Program-made: the position numbers and the translations under genes
The notes under the pieces: generated by a model
What the model was told of the DNA's origin: nothing
Databases searched by the model: none
Seen by the model: the letters and a program-made list of their open reading frames with translations, nothing else
Part shown: one piece after another, positions 1 through 10,400 of the stretch
Layout of the letters: every line of letters begins with the position of its first letter
How positions within the stretch are numbered: position 1 is the stretch's first letter
Source of the DNA: an uncultured Aquabacterium sp.
GTDB lineage: Bacteria > Pseudomonadota > Gammaproteobacteria > Burkholderiales > Burkholderiaceae_C
Direction: 5' to 3'
Assembly (NCBI GenBank): GCA_963511655.1
Contig: CAUPJV010000001.1
Span: 132,987 to 196,986 of the forward strand
Length of the DNA stretch: 64,000 nt

Positions 1-621
1 CTGTCTGTCCAGCAAGGCCTGGATCACGTGCGCGAACTCGGCTTTGGCCGGCGTGGGGTAGGGGTTGTTGTCATCGAGCCGAGCCTGGTCTGTGCGGGCT
101 CGCGACGCGGGGATCTGCACGGCCTTGAGGGCCCACCGGGCCAAGGTGCCGCCGAGGTCGATCTGCAGCTGCTTGCGTGCCCGAACCCAGCGGGCTCGGG
201 GGGTGGGATAGGCGTGCGTGTCCATCAGCCACAGGGCCTGGAGCCGGTCGTCATGCAGCGCTGCGGCCATCCCGTGGTGGGCGCCCGAGCAGATGCCCGC
301 CAGCGCGAAAGACCGGACCTGCGCAACGCGCTGGAGGTGGTCCATGGCAGCCTGCAGATCGACCACGGCCTGCCTCTCGAAGCTCAGGCCTTCATCGGAG
401 GCTTCGCTGTCGCCCAGGCCAGAGAGGTCCAGGCGCAGCACGGTGAAGCCCAGTTCGGCCAGCTTCCGGGCCAGCTTGACGTTGATGCGATGTGGCCCCA
501 TGCGGGGAACCACCCCTGCGTTGAGCAGCAGGACGGCGGTGCACCTCGCCACGCCGCTTGGGCGTGTGAGGGTGCCCACCAGGCGAGAGCCAGGCCCGAA
601 TGTGAGGATGTGCTCGTTCAC
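1..621 (-). CDS. Alpha/beta-hydrolase-fold protein with Cys nucleophile elbow (exosortase-associated hydrolase 1, TIGR03100-like); 3' end truncated by window edge
   Basis: Not in the ORF track; translated by hand. GTG start at 621 overlaps the TGA of the upstream gene (GTGA, 618-621) and the frame stays open to position 1: MNEHILTFGPGSRLVGTLTRP...LLLNAGVVPRMGPHRINVKLARKLAELGFTVLRLDLSGLGDS...ALAGICSGAHHG...; the elbow is G-I-C-S-G (283-297). Confidence 0.85.
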   Translation of the reverse strand, partial: MNEHILTFGPGSRLVGTLTRPSGVARCTAVLLLNAGVVPRMGPHRINVKLARKLAELGFTVLRLDLSGLGDSEASDEGLSFERQAVVDLQAAMDHLQRVAQVRSFALAGICSGAHHGMAAALHDDRLQALWLMDTHAYPTPRARWVRARKQLQIDLGGTLARWALKAVQIPASRARTDQARLDDNNPYPTPAKAEFAHVIQALLDRQ

Positions 622-1415
622 GCTGCCTGTCCCCTCACAGCCGAGGCCAGGAGGCGCAGCAGTGACGGTGGCGCCAGCGCAGCGCCTGCTGCCTCTTCGA
701 CGTGCCAGGCCATGTCGATGTCGGTGGGCTGGTGTCGCCAGGCGAGACCCCGGCTGGTCAAGCTCGACGACAGTTGCTTGTCAGATGGCGTGAGCCGCGT
801 GGCGATGTGGTGGCACCCCTCCTGGCAGCGCGGCTGCATGGACGCAACCGAGACGGCCTGGAGTTCCTGGATCCAGGTGTCGCTGACCCCGAAGCCCAGC
901 GCCTCGCCTCGCAATTCGGGGGCGGGGCGGCGATCGTGGATGAAGGGGTCGAATGTGTGGCGTGCGTGGGCGGCGCCCAGCTCCCGCGCGTAAGCGGCAC
1001 CATCGAGCACCGGCTCCCAGAGCACGATGCGAACGGGCGTCACCGGGCTGCGCTCAGACGCCAGCAGGGCCAGGGTGCCCCCCAGGCGCGTTCCGACCCA
1101 GACGGTGGCCGAGGCCCGGGTGCGGCGCCCCATTTCCTCCTGCGCTGCCAGGATGTCGTTTTGCCACTGTGTGATCGAGCCGGCCGTGTCCTCGCCAGAG
1201 GACTCTCCAGTGCCGAGGTAGTCAAAACGCATCACAGGCATGCCCTGGCACGCCAGCGATTCCGCCAGCAGGCGGTGGAGCCGGTGGGTGCGAATGGCCT
1301 CCTGCCCAAAAGGTGCGCACAGCAGCACTTGCAAGCCGTGACGGTTTGCGCCTGTAGGGGGGTGGTAGACCCCGTGGAGCCGATGCTGAGAGGGGCCGAA
1401 GAAAAATGGTGTCAT
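618..1415 (-). CDS. Alpha/beta-hydrolase-fold protein with Arg at nucleophile position (exosortase-associated hydrolase 2, TIGR03101-like)
   Basis: LLCAPFGQEAIRTHR and RFDYLGTGESSG motifs; the elbow reads VWVGTRLGG (G-T-R-L-G at 1080-1094) instead of G-x-S-x-G; lies 36 nt downstream of the megasynthase stop. Confidence 0.8.
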   Translation of the reverse strand: MTPFFFGPSQHRLHGVYHPPTGANRHGLQVLLCAPFGQEAIRTHRLHRLLAESLACQGMPVMRFDYLGTGESSGEDTAGSITQWQNDILAAQEEMGRRTRASATVWVGTRLGGTLALLASERSPVTPVRIVLWEPVLDGAAYARELGAAHARHTFDPFIHDRRPAPELRGEALGFGVSDTWIQELQAVSVASMQPRCQEGCHHIATRLTPSDKQLSSSLTSRGLAWRHQPTDIDMAWHVEEAAGAALAPPSLLRLLASAVRGQAA

Positions 1416-1451
1416 GGAAGAACAGTCCGGGGCGTCTTGGCTGCGTTCAGC

Positions 1452-4400
1452 TCAGCGCCCCAACCAGCGACTGAGCCACCCGCCCTTTGCAGGTCGGCTG
1501 GCATGTTGATCCGCATGCTGATCGGCGTGCCGGTCCGAACCCGATCCGCCATCATCGGCCAGTTTGGCGCCGGACAGAGGGGACGCTGACGAGGACGATC
1601 CCTTGTCTGCCGAAGCGGCAAGCTGCCCCAGGGTTTCGAAGATCAATCGGCGCACGTGCAGGGTGAGTCCGGTGCGCCGCTTGATTTCGGTGACCGCTCG
1701 CATGGCCAGCAAGGAGTGACCGCCCAGGTCGAAGAAGTTGTCATCGAGGCCGATGTCATCGGTGTCGATCAGCTCCTGCCAGACGGCGGCCATCGTCACT
1801 TCCAGCGGGGTGGCGGGCATGCGCTTGTTGTGCCTTGCGGCAGCGGGCCGGCTCGCTGCGTGGTTCGGGCGGGGCAGGGCGGCGCGGTCTACCTTGCCAT
1901 TGGGCAGCCGGGGCAAGGCGGGCAATGACACGATGTGCTGCGGCAGCATGTAGTCGGGCAAGCGCGAGGCCAGCATCGATGTCACGGCTTTCCCGTCCCC
2001 CAGGTCCTGCCCGTTGCGCGGCACGCAGTACGCAACCAGGCGCACGTCGCCGGGCTGGTCCTCGCGCGCCAGCACGACGGCCTGTCCGATGACGGTTTGA
2101 CTCAGCAAAGCGGCCTCGATTTCGCCGAGTTCGATGCGGTGCCCTCGCACCTTGACCTGGTGGTCCAGGCGTCCCAGGTGTTCCAGCGTGCCATCCGCGA
2201 GCCAGCGGCCAAGGTCGCCTGTCCGGTAGACGCGGGCCTCGGGCTGGGGGCTGAACGGATCCTGGACGAAGCGCTCTGCGGTTAGTTCCGGCCGATGGAG
2301 GTAGCCCGAGGTGACGCCATCACCGCCGATGCAGATCTCGCCCGGCGTGCCGATCGGGCAGGGCTGGCCCTGTGCCGTCAAGACGTGAACCTGGGTGTTC
2401 GCGATCGGTTGGCCGATGCGCACGCCCCGTTCCGGGTGCTCGACGCGCCAGCAGGTCGACCACACGGTGGTTTCCGTCGGGCCGTACATGTTCCAGACCG
2501 CGCCGCAGCGTTCCAGGAGGGCGCCTGCCAGCGAGGCTGGCAAGGGCTCGCCCCCGACCAGCGCGATGAAGCCGGGGGCACCTTGCCAGCCCGACTCGAC
2601 TAGCGCATGCCAGGTGCTGGGCGTGGCCTGCATCACGTCGATGTCTTCCTCCACCCGAGCCTTGAGCAGGAAGGGGTCGCGGCTGTCGTCTCCGCGACAC
2701 ATGACCACCTCTGCACCGACCAGCACGGGCAACAGCAACTCGAGCACGGAGATGTCGAAGCTCAGCGTGGTCACCGCAAGCAGACGTTGATGGGCCTGCA
2801 GGCCTGACTCACGCGCCATGCTGCGCAGGAAGTTGACCACGCTGCCATGTGGCACCACCACGCCTTTGGGCAGGCCGGTCGAGCCGGATGTGTAGATGAC
2901 ATACGCGGCATCGGAGATGCTGGCGTCGAGAGCTGGATCGGCCGCCAGGGGGGTATCCGGCTGCTGCAGCAGCAAGGCTTCATCCAGGTCTGTCAACAGG
3001 GTTTTGTCGCGCGGCCAGTCCAGTGCATGCAGGGTGTCCGAGCGGCTGACCACCCAGGCCAGGCGGGCATCCTGCGCCATGTGGCTCAGGCGCTCAGCGG
3101 GGTAGTCGGGGTCCAGTGGCACGTAAGCAGCGCCAGACTGAAGGATGCCCAGCACGGTGGCCAGGAGGTCCGGGCACCGGGGCATGCAAACCCCCACCAG
3201 GGCGCCCCTGCCCAGTCCATGCGCACGCAGGTGTCTTGCGATCTGCGTGGCGCGAGCCCACAGCTCGGCGTGGCTGAGGGAGCGTTCACCAGCCTGGCTG
3301 ATGGCGATGTCCGTCGACCCGACGTGCGGCTGTTGCCGCAGCAGATCGACCACGTTCTTTGCAGCGGGCCAATCGGTGGTGGTGTTGTTCCAGCGGCGAA
3401 GGTCTTCGCGCTCACGGTCGCAGAGGATGTCGATGTCTGACAGCGGGGAGCCAGCCAGATCCGGCAGCCGCCGCAGCAAGGTGGACAGCCGGTCGCCCAG
3501 CAACTGTGCGCTGGATGCGTCCAGGATGTCCGCGTTGTAGCTGATGGTGAACTCGATGCCCTCAGGCGTTTCCACGCACCACAGGGCCAGGTCCTGGGTG
3601 GTGCCCACCATGGGCACATCGAAGCGTTCGTGCACCACATTGCCCCACTTGGGCTGGCGTTCGCGTGCGTCCTGATAGGAGAACAGTGCCTGATGCAGCG
3701 GCGCCCGGCTTGCATCCCTGGGCAGCTGCAGGCTGCGGACGAGGTGATCCAGCGGGACATCGGGGTGCGAGAGGGCGTCGATCGCCTGACGCTGCACCTG
3801 CGTGAACCAGTCGGACACGGTCAGGTCGCCCCTGGGTCTCAGCCTCAGGGGCAGGGTGTTGACGAAGAAGCCGATGAGTGATTCGATTTCGGCGTGATCA
3901 CGTCCACGCACCGGGGTGCCGATGACCAGGTCCTCCTGTCCTGTGAGCTTGTGCAGCATCAGACCGAAGGCGCTCAGCAGCGTCGTGAAGAGCGTGCGTC
4001 CCTGACCTCGGGCGACATCACGCAGCTTGCGCGTCGTGTCGGGGTCGAGGTGGAAGGCGCACGAGCCGCCTTGTCCTGACATCACCGGTGGCCGGGCGCG
4101 GTCAACGGGCAAGGCCAGTGGCGATGGAGGCGGCGTCATCTGAGTCAGCCAGAACGCGGTCTGCGCCTGCAGCACTTCGCCGCTCATCCACTGGTTGTGC
4201 CAGGCTGCGAAGTCACCGTAGGTGACGGGCAGATCGGGCAAGCGAGCAGGCCGACCAGTCAGGGCGGCGTCGTACAGCTCGGACAATTCATCGTTGAAGA
4301 CCTGGAACGACCAGCCATCCCAGATCAGGTGGTGAACCAGGAAGAAGAGGACGTGCTCCTGGTCGGCGAGCTTGAAGAGCCGGATGGCAAACAGGGGGCC

Positions 4401-7400
4401 TTGTTCGAGGTCCAGGGGCCGTACAGCGATGTCATCCATGCGCTGACGCAGGCTGCCTTCTCTCTGGTTCTCGGGCAGGTGGCTGAGGTCATCGAGCGGC
4501 AGCAGGGACGCGTGCAGCGTGTTCGAGACGCGCTGCAGGTCGCCTGTCGGCGTGCGTTCGATGACGGTGCGCAGGGCGGTCTGCCTCAGCATCAGCTGCT
4601 GCCATGCCTGATCAAGCGCCTGCACGTTCAGCTCACCCACGAGCCGGTGGGCAGAAGGGATGTGGTGCGCGACGCTGTGGGGCGTGACGTTCTCGATGTA
4701 CCAGATGCGCTGTTGCATCTGGGACAGGGGGGCCGTGACGGCGTGCTCGCGGTGCGGGATGACCGGGGTGGGTGTGGCGGTTGTTGGCGCCGACTGCGTG
4801 TCGGCGGCATCGGCGGCATCGGGGGCGTGCGTGCGCCCTTCTCCGTCAAGCGCCAGGGCCAGTCGGCGAGGCGTGGGGTTGTCGAAAATCGTGTGCACGG
4901 TCACCGCGCGACCGCTTCGCTTGCGGATCTGCGTCACAGCCCGCATCACCAGAAGGGAGTGGCCGCCTCGATCGAAGAAGTCTTCGTCCAAGCCGAACCG
5001 ATCCAGCCCCAGCAGGCCGCGCCAGATCTCGGCGACGATGTCGGCCACGGAGTCAGCCACGGATACGTCCACTGACGCCGTCGGCTCCGCTGGCTTGTCA
5101 GCGGCAACAGTGGACGATGGCGTGACGGGCGCACCAAGGGCAGGCGGCGGTGCGTCTGCGCCAGGCGTGAAGTCATAACCCGACAGTGGGCGATCCGGGT
5201 CGGTCACGATGTCGCGCAGCATGCGTTCGAGGGCCTTGCCGAAAGCCGCGACGGTTTCGGTGTCGAGCACGTCCGCGTTGAACGTGAACACGAACTCGAT
5301 GTGGTTGCGTGTCTCCACGCACCACAGGGACAGGTCCTGCGCCGCTCCCAGCATGGGGGTCGGCATGCGCTGGTGGTCGACGTTGCCCCAGCGGGTGGTG
5401 CGTTCTCGCACGTCCTGGTAGGAGAACGAAGCCTGGTGGATGGGCGGGCGGCTGCGGTCGCGGGGCACCTGCATCACGTGCACCAGGTGATCGAAGGGCA
5501 CGTCGGGGTAGGAGAAGGCTTCCACCACCTTGCGGTGCACGGCGTCCAGCCAGGCTGGCAGAGTCATGTCCGCGCCGGGCTGCATGCGCAGTGGCAGCAT
5601 GTTGACGAAGAAGCCCATGAGGTGCTCCAGCGCCGGTTGCTCCCGTCCGCGAACCGGGGTGCCGATGACGAAGTCGTTCTGTTTGGTGACCCTGTGGAGG
5701 GCGAGGGCGTAGGCGGCCAGCAGGGTGATGTAGAGGGTGCGACCTCGTTGACGGGCCTGCGTACGCAGTGCGTCGGTCACGTCCTTGGCCAGGTTGAACT
5801 GGAACGAGCCGCCTCGGCCAGACATGACGGCTGGGCGCGGACGGTCAAGGGTCAGGTCCAGTGGTGGTGGCAGCGGCGTGAGCTGTTCGCGCCAGTAGCC
5901 CAGCTGACGCTGCAGCTCTGGCCCGGTCATCCACTCGTTGTGCCACGCCGCGAAGTCGCCGTAGCTGACCGTGAGGGCGGGCAGCCCTGGGGGCCGGCCT
6001 TCCAGGCAGGCGGCATAAAGCTCAGGCAGATCCACGTACAGCAGGTCAAAGGACCATGCGTCCCAGATCAGGTGATGAGCCTGGAAGAGCAGGCCGTGCT
6101 CTTCTGGCGCCAGGCGGAACAGGCGCGCGGTGAACAAGGGGCCTTTTTCCAGGTCATAGGGGGTCTCGACCAGCTCGGCGATGACCTTGTTCATCGCCGG
6201 CTTGCGCTCGTCCTCCGGCAGGTGACTGAAGTCGTCAAAGGGGATCAGGCTGAAGGGCAGTTCAGGCAGGATGCGCTGTACATCGCCATCCGGCGTGCGC
6301 GCGATCACCGTGCGCAGCACGCTTTGACGCTGGACGAGGAGCCGCCAGGCCTGGTTGAACGCTTCCACATCGAGCGGCCCCAGCAGGCGATGCCCGGTGG
6401 GGATGCTGTGAACCACGGTATCCGGCGTCAGGTTCTCCAGGAACCAGACGCGCTCCTGCATCTGCGACAAGGGTGCGCTCGATTGGTCGGCGCGAACCGG
6501 GATGGTGTCGGACTGACCCGAGCTGACGCCCTCGCCTGCCTCAGCAGCCTTGAGTTGCAGCAGCGCTGAAGCCAGGCCAGCAGGCGTGGGGTGATCGAAG
6601 ATCACACGCAGACCCGGGCGTTGACCCAGTGCTTTGGCCAGCGCCGCCGAGAGCTTGGCCGCCATCAGCGAATGCCCGCCCTGCTCGAAGAAGTGGTCGC
6701 TGTCGCCCAGGCGTTCGCGCCCGAGCAGCCGGCCCATCTCCCGAGCCACCGTGTCGATCGCCTGAGCGAGTGGGGTGCCTGCTGTCGCGGCGTCGGCGCG
6801 CGCAGGATGCGGTGTTTCAGAGCGAGGGGTCGGCAGCGAGGGGTGGGCCGTGCCGCTCGGCACCGGAAGCGCCTTGCGGTCGACCTTGTTGTTGGGCAGC
6901 AGGGGAAGCGCAGGCAGCACCAGCACCGAACGGGGCAGCATGTAATCTGGCAGTGTCTGCCTCAGGCTGTTGCGCAAGGCGCCCGTGTCCAGTGCTGCGC
7001 CCGCCTGAGGCACGACGTAGCCAATCAGGGCCATGTCGCCCGGCGTGACTTCGCAGGCGATGACCACCGCGCGCGACACACCCGCCAGCCTCTCCAGCTG
7101 GGCTTCGATTTCACCGAGCTCGATTCGATAGCCGCGGATCTTGACCTGGAAGTCCATGCGTCCCAGGTGCTCGATCTGACCGTCCTCGCGCCAGCGTCCC
7201 AGGTCCCCGGTGCGATAGACCAGCCGGCCGGGGCGCGGGCCCCATGGCAGCGCCACGAAGCGCTCTGCCGTCAGGTCGGGGCGACCGTGGTAGCCCAGGG
7301 CCACGCCATCACCACCGATGCAGATTTCGCCCTCTGCACCCACGGGCACGGGACGCAAGGCTTCATCCAGGATCCAGACCTGGGTGTTGTCTATGGGGCG

Positions 7401-10400
7401 CCCGATGGCGATCCGGCCTGATGCATCGGTGATGTGCGACAGCGTCGACCAGACCGTGGTTTCGGTGGGGCCGTACATGTTCCACACATCGACCCCCTTG
7501 GCCAGCAAGGCCGAGGCGAGTGCGGCGGGCAAGGGCTCGCCTCCGACCAGCGCCTTGAAACCCTGAGGGGGTTGCCACCCCGCATCCAGCAGCAGGTGCC
7601 AGGTGGTCGGTGTGGCTTGCATCACCGACACATGGTGTTGGCTGGCCAGTGCCATGAGGGCCTCACCATCCATGGCCTGATCACGCGTGGCCAGCACCAC
7701 GGTCCCGCCGGTGACCAGTGGCAGCAGCAACTCGAGCACCGCGATGTCGAAGCTCAGGGTGGTGACGGCCAGCAGGCGGTCTGAGGGCTGCAGCCCTGGC
7801 TCACGCCGCATCGAAGCCAGGAAGTTGCACACCGCCCGATGAGGCACGGCCACGCCCTTGGGGCGACCGGTCGAGCCCGAGGTGTAGATCACGTAGGCCG
7901 GGGCCTGGGTGTCGGTGTGGACCGGCAGACCGGTCGCGTGCGCAGCTTCAAGCAGGGCCGCCTCGCGATCGAGCTGCAGCTGCGCGCTGTGCGGGAGCCC
8001 GCAAGCCTCTGCGCAGGTCGAGTGTGTGACCACCAGCGTGAGGCCGGCGTCCTCGGCCATCATCTTCAGGCGCTCACCGGGGAAGCCGGGGTCCAGTGGC
8101 ACGTAGGACGCACCTGTCTTCAGCACGCCGAGCATCGCTGGCAGCAGGTGACGTCCACGTGGCAGGCTGATCCCGACGCGTTGACCTGGCGCTGCGCCAC
8201 GTGTTTGCAGCAAACGTGCGATCTGGTTGGCCTGCGCTTCCAGTTCCTGATAGGTCAAGGTGCCATCCTGGCTCACCACGGCCAGTTGCGTGGGGGTCTG
8301 CATGGCCTGACGGCTCACCCAGGCTTCCACTCTCGCGTGGGCATCCAGGGGCCGGTCGGTCTGATTCCACGTCAGCACGCGTGGGTCCGGCCCTGCGGGG
8401 CAGGCATCCGCGCCATCTGCCAGGATGTGCATCAGGCGGTCGACCAGCGCCTGCGCGCGGCTGTGGCTCAGGTACTCGCTGCTGTGGTGCAGATCGAGCG
8501 TGAGGGCGTCAGGCTGCTCGTGAAAGTTGAAGAAGACCTCGCTGAGCAGCCCGCGCTTGCGGCCCTCGTGCATGGACGCCAGCAAGGGGGCCCAGCCCGA
8601 CAGGTCGACTTTTGGGTTGAGGTTGAAGTAGATCGAAGTCAGGGCGGGCTTGCTGCCTTCGGCCTGCAGGCCGATTGCACGAGCGGCGGTCCCCTGGGTC
8701 ATCAGGGGGAACTCCATCGCGTCCATCAGGGTCGACTTGATGCGTCGCACCCGGTCAGCCAGCGGCTCGCCTTCGCGCGTCTGGATTCGCACCGGCAGGT
8801 CCAGCACGCCATCTGCAAGCAGGGGCCCATGGCGTTGCAGGCTTTGCGCGGCGAAGGGGATGCTCACGACGACATCGCGTCGACCGCTCTCGCGCCAGAT
8901 CAGTTCGGCCACGGCATGCAGCAGCCACTGAAAGAGCGTGGCGCCATGGGATCGGGCCTGCTCGCGCAGCCGGTCGAGTTGCCCGCCGTCCAGCCGGGCC
9001 CGAACCGTATCGCCCGCAAACGTTCGGGGCCCGGCGGGCGCCTGATCGCCGAGTGAAACGGCCGCGGGCAGGTTCTGCAGCGCCTGCTGCCAATGCCGCA
9101 CGCTGGCTTTTCCCTCCTCATGCTCGAATCGGGCGTGTTCGGTCTCTGCGAAGCGAAGCGCCGACTCGGCGGCGCCCCATTGTGGGGTCCGGCCTTCTCG
9201 GCGGGCGTGATACGCCTGGGCGAGTTCTGCGTTGAAGACGCTGGATGCCCAACCGTCGAAGACGAGGTGGCTGGCCACCACATGGACCACCACGCGGCCG
9301 TCGGCCAGACTCAGGATGCTGGCGCGGGCGAGCGGTGCCTGATCGAGGAGGAACACGGTGGCGCTGGCCTGCCAACTGTGCTGATCCAGGGCCTGATCGC
9401 TGTCCGGACAGACCCGCAGATCGACCTCTTCGACGGGCACCAGTGCGCTTGGCTCCAGGATCTGACGAGGCTGATCCAGGTCGAACCGCAGCTTGAAGGC
9501 GTCATGTCGTTGCAGGACGTCCTGCAGCGCCAGCTTCAGTGCAGGGCGATCAACGTCGCCTCGCAGACTCACGCAGAAAGATTCGTTGAGCGCCACCCGG
9601 GCCGCCGGGTCGTAGATCGCGGCCAGCCAGCGTTCGGTCTGTCCGGGCGTCAGGGGCGATGACGTTGGGGCCGAGGTGGCAGGAGGGGCGGGTGGGCGTG
9701 TCACGCCTGCGCAAGGCGAGCCTGCGCGCGGGTCGATGAAGCCCAGCGACATCAACTCGCTCATGATCTCGATGAAGGTGTCGGCAATGAGGTCGCAGTC
9801 GCTGTCGGTCATGGCCTCGGTCACGAAGTGGCCGAATTGCTCGTACAGGTGCAGGCCCTTGAAGCGAGCCAGGTAATAGAACAGGCTGATGTTGCGGGCG
9901 TTGTCGTCCCAGCTCAGGCGCCACAGCGAGGCGCAGTGCACGGCCTTGACCGGCGCGCGGCGCTCGGCGAAGGCGGTGTTGATGCGCTCGACCATGCGCT
10001 GCGTGCGCCCGTTGATGGCCTGGTACAGCGCGTGCCCGCCCTGTTTGATGTGCAGCAGCGTGGCGCGCGCCGCGGCCAGGGCCAGCGGGTGGCGCACGAA
10101 GGTGCCCGCGAAGTAGGTGACGCCCGCTTCAGGGTGCGAGTCGTCGCCGTACTGCCAGTGACCGCCATCCAGCGCATCCAGCCACAGGCTGTTGCCCGCG
10201 ATGGCCGCAAACGGCAGCCCGCCGCCGATGATCTTGCCGTAGGTGGCGATGTCGGCGCGCACGCCGTAGAACTCTTGCGCGCCACCCGGGGCCACGCGGA
10301 AGCCGGTGACGACCTCGTCGAAGATCAGCGCAGCGCCGCCTTGTGTGGCGATTTCGCGCAGCTGCTGCACGAAGGCCGTGGGCTGCAGCGTCGGGTACTT

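Noticed and set aside
60-200. Apparent frameshifts at G runs in the leftmost hydrolase gene
   Set aside because: Recounting the homopolymers (6 G at 198-203, 4 G at 61-64) shows the frame is continuous.
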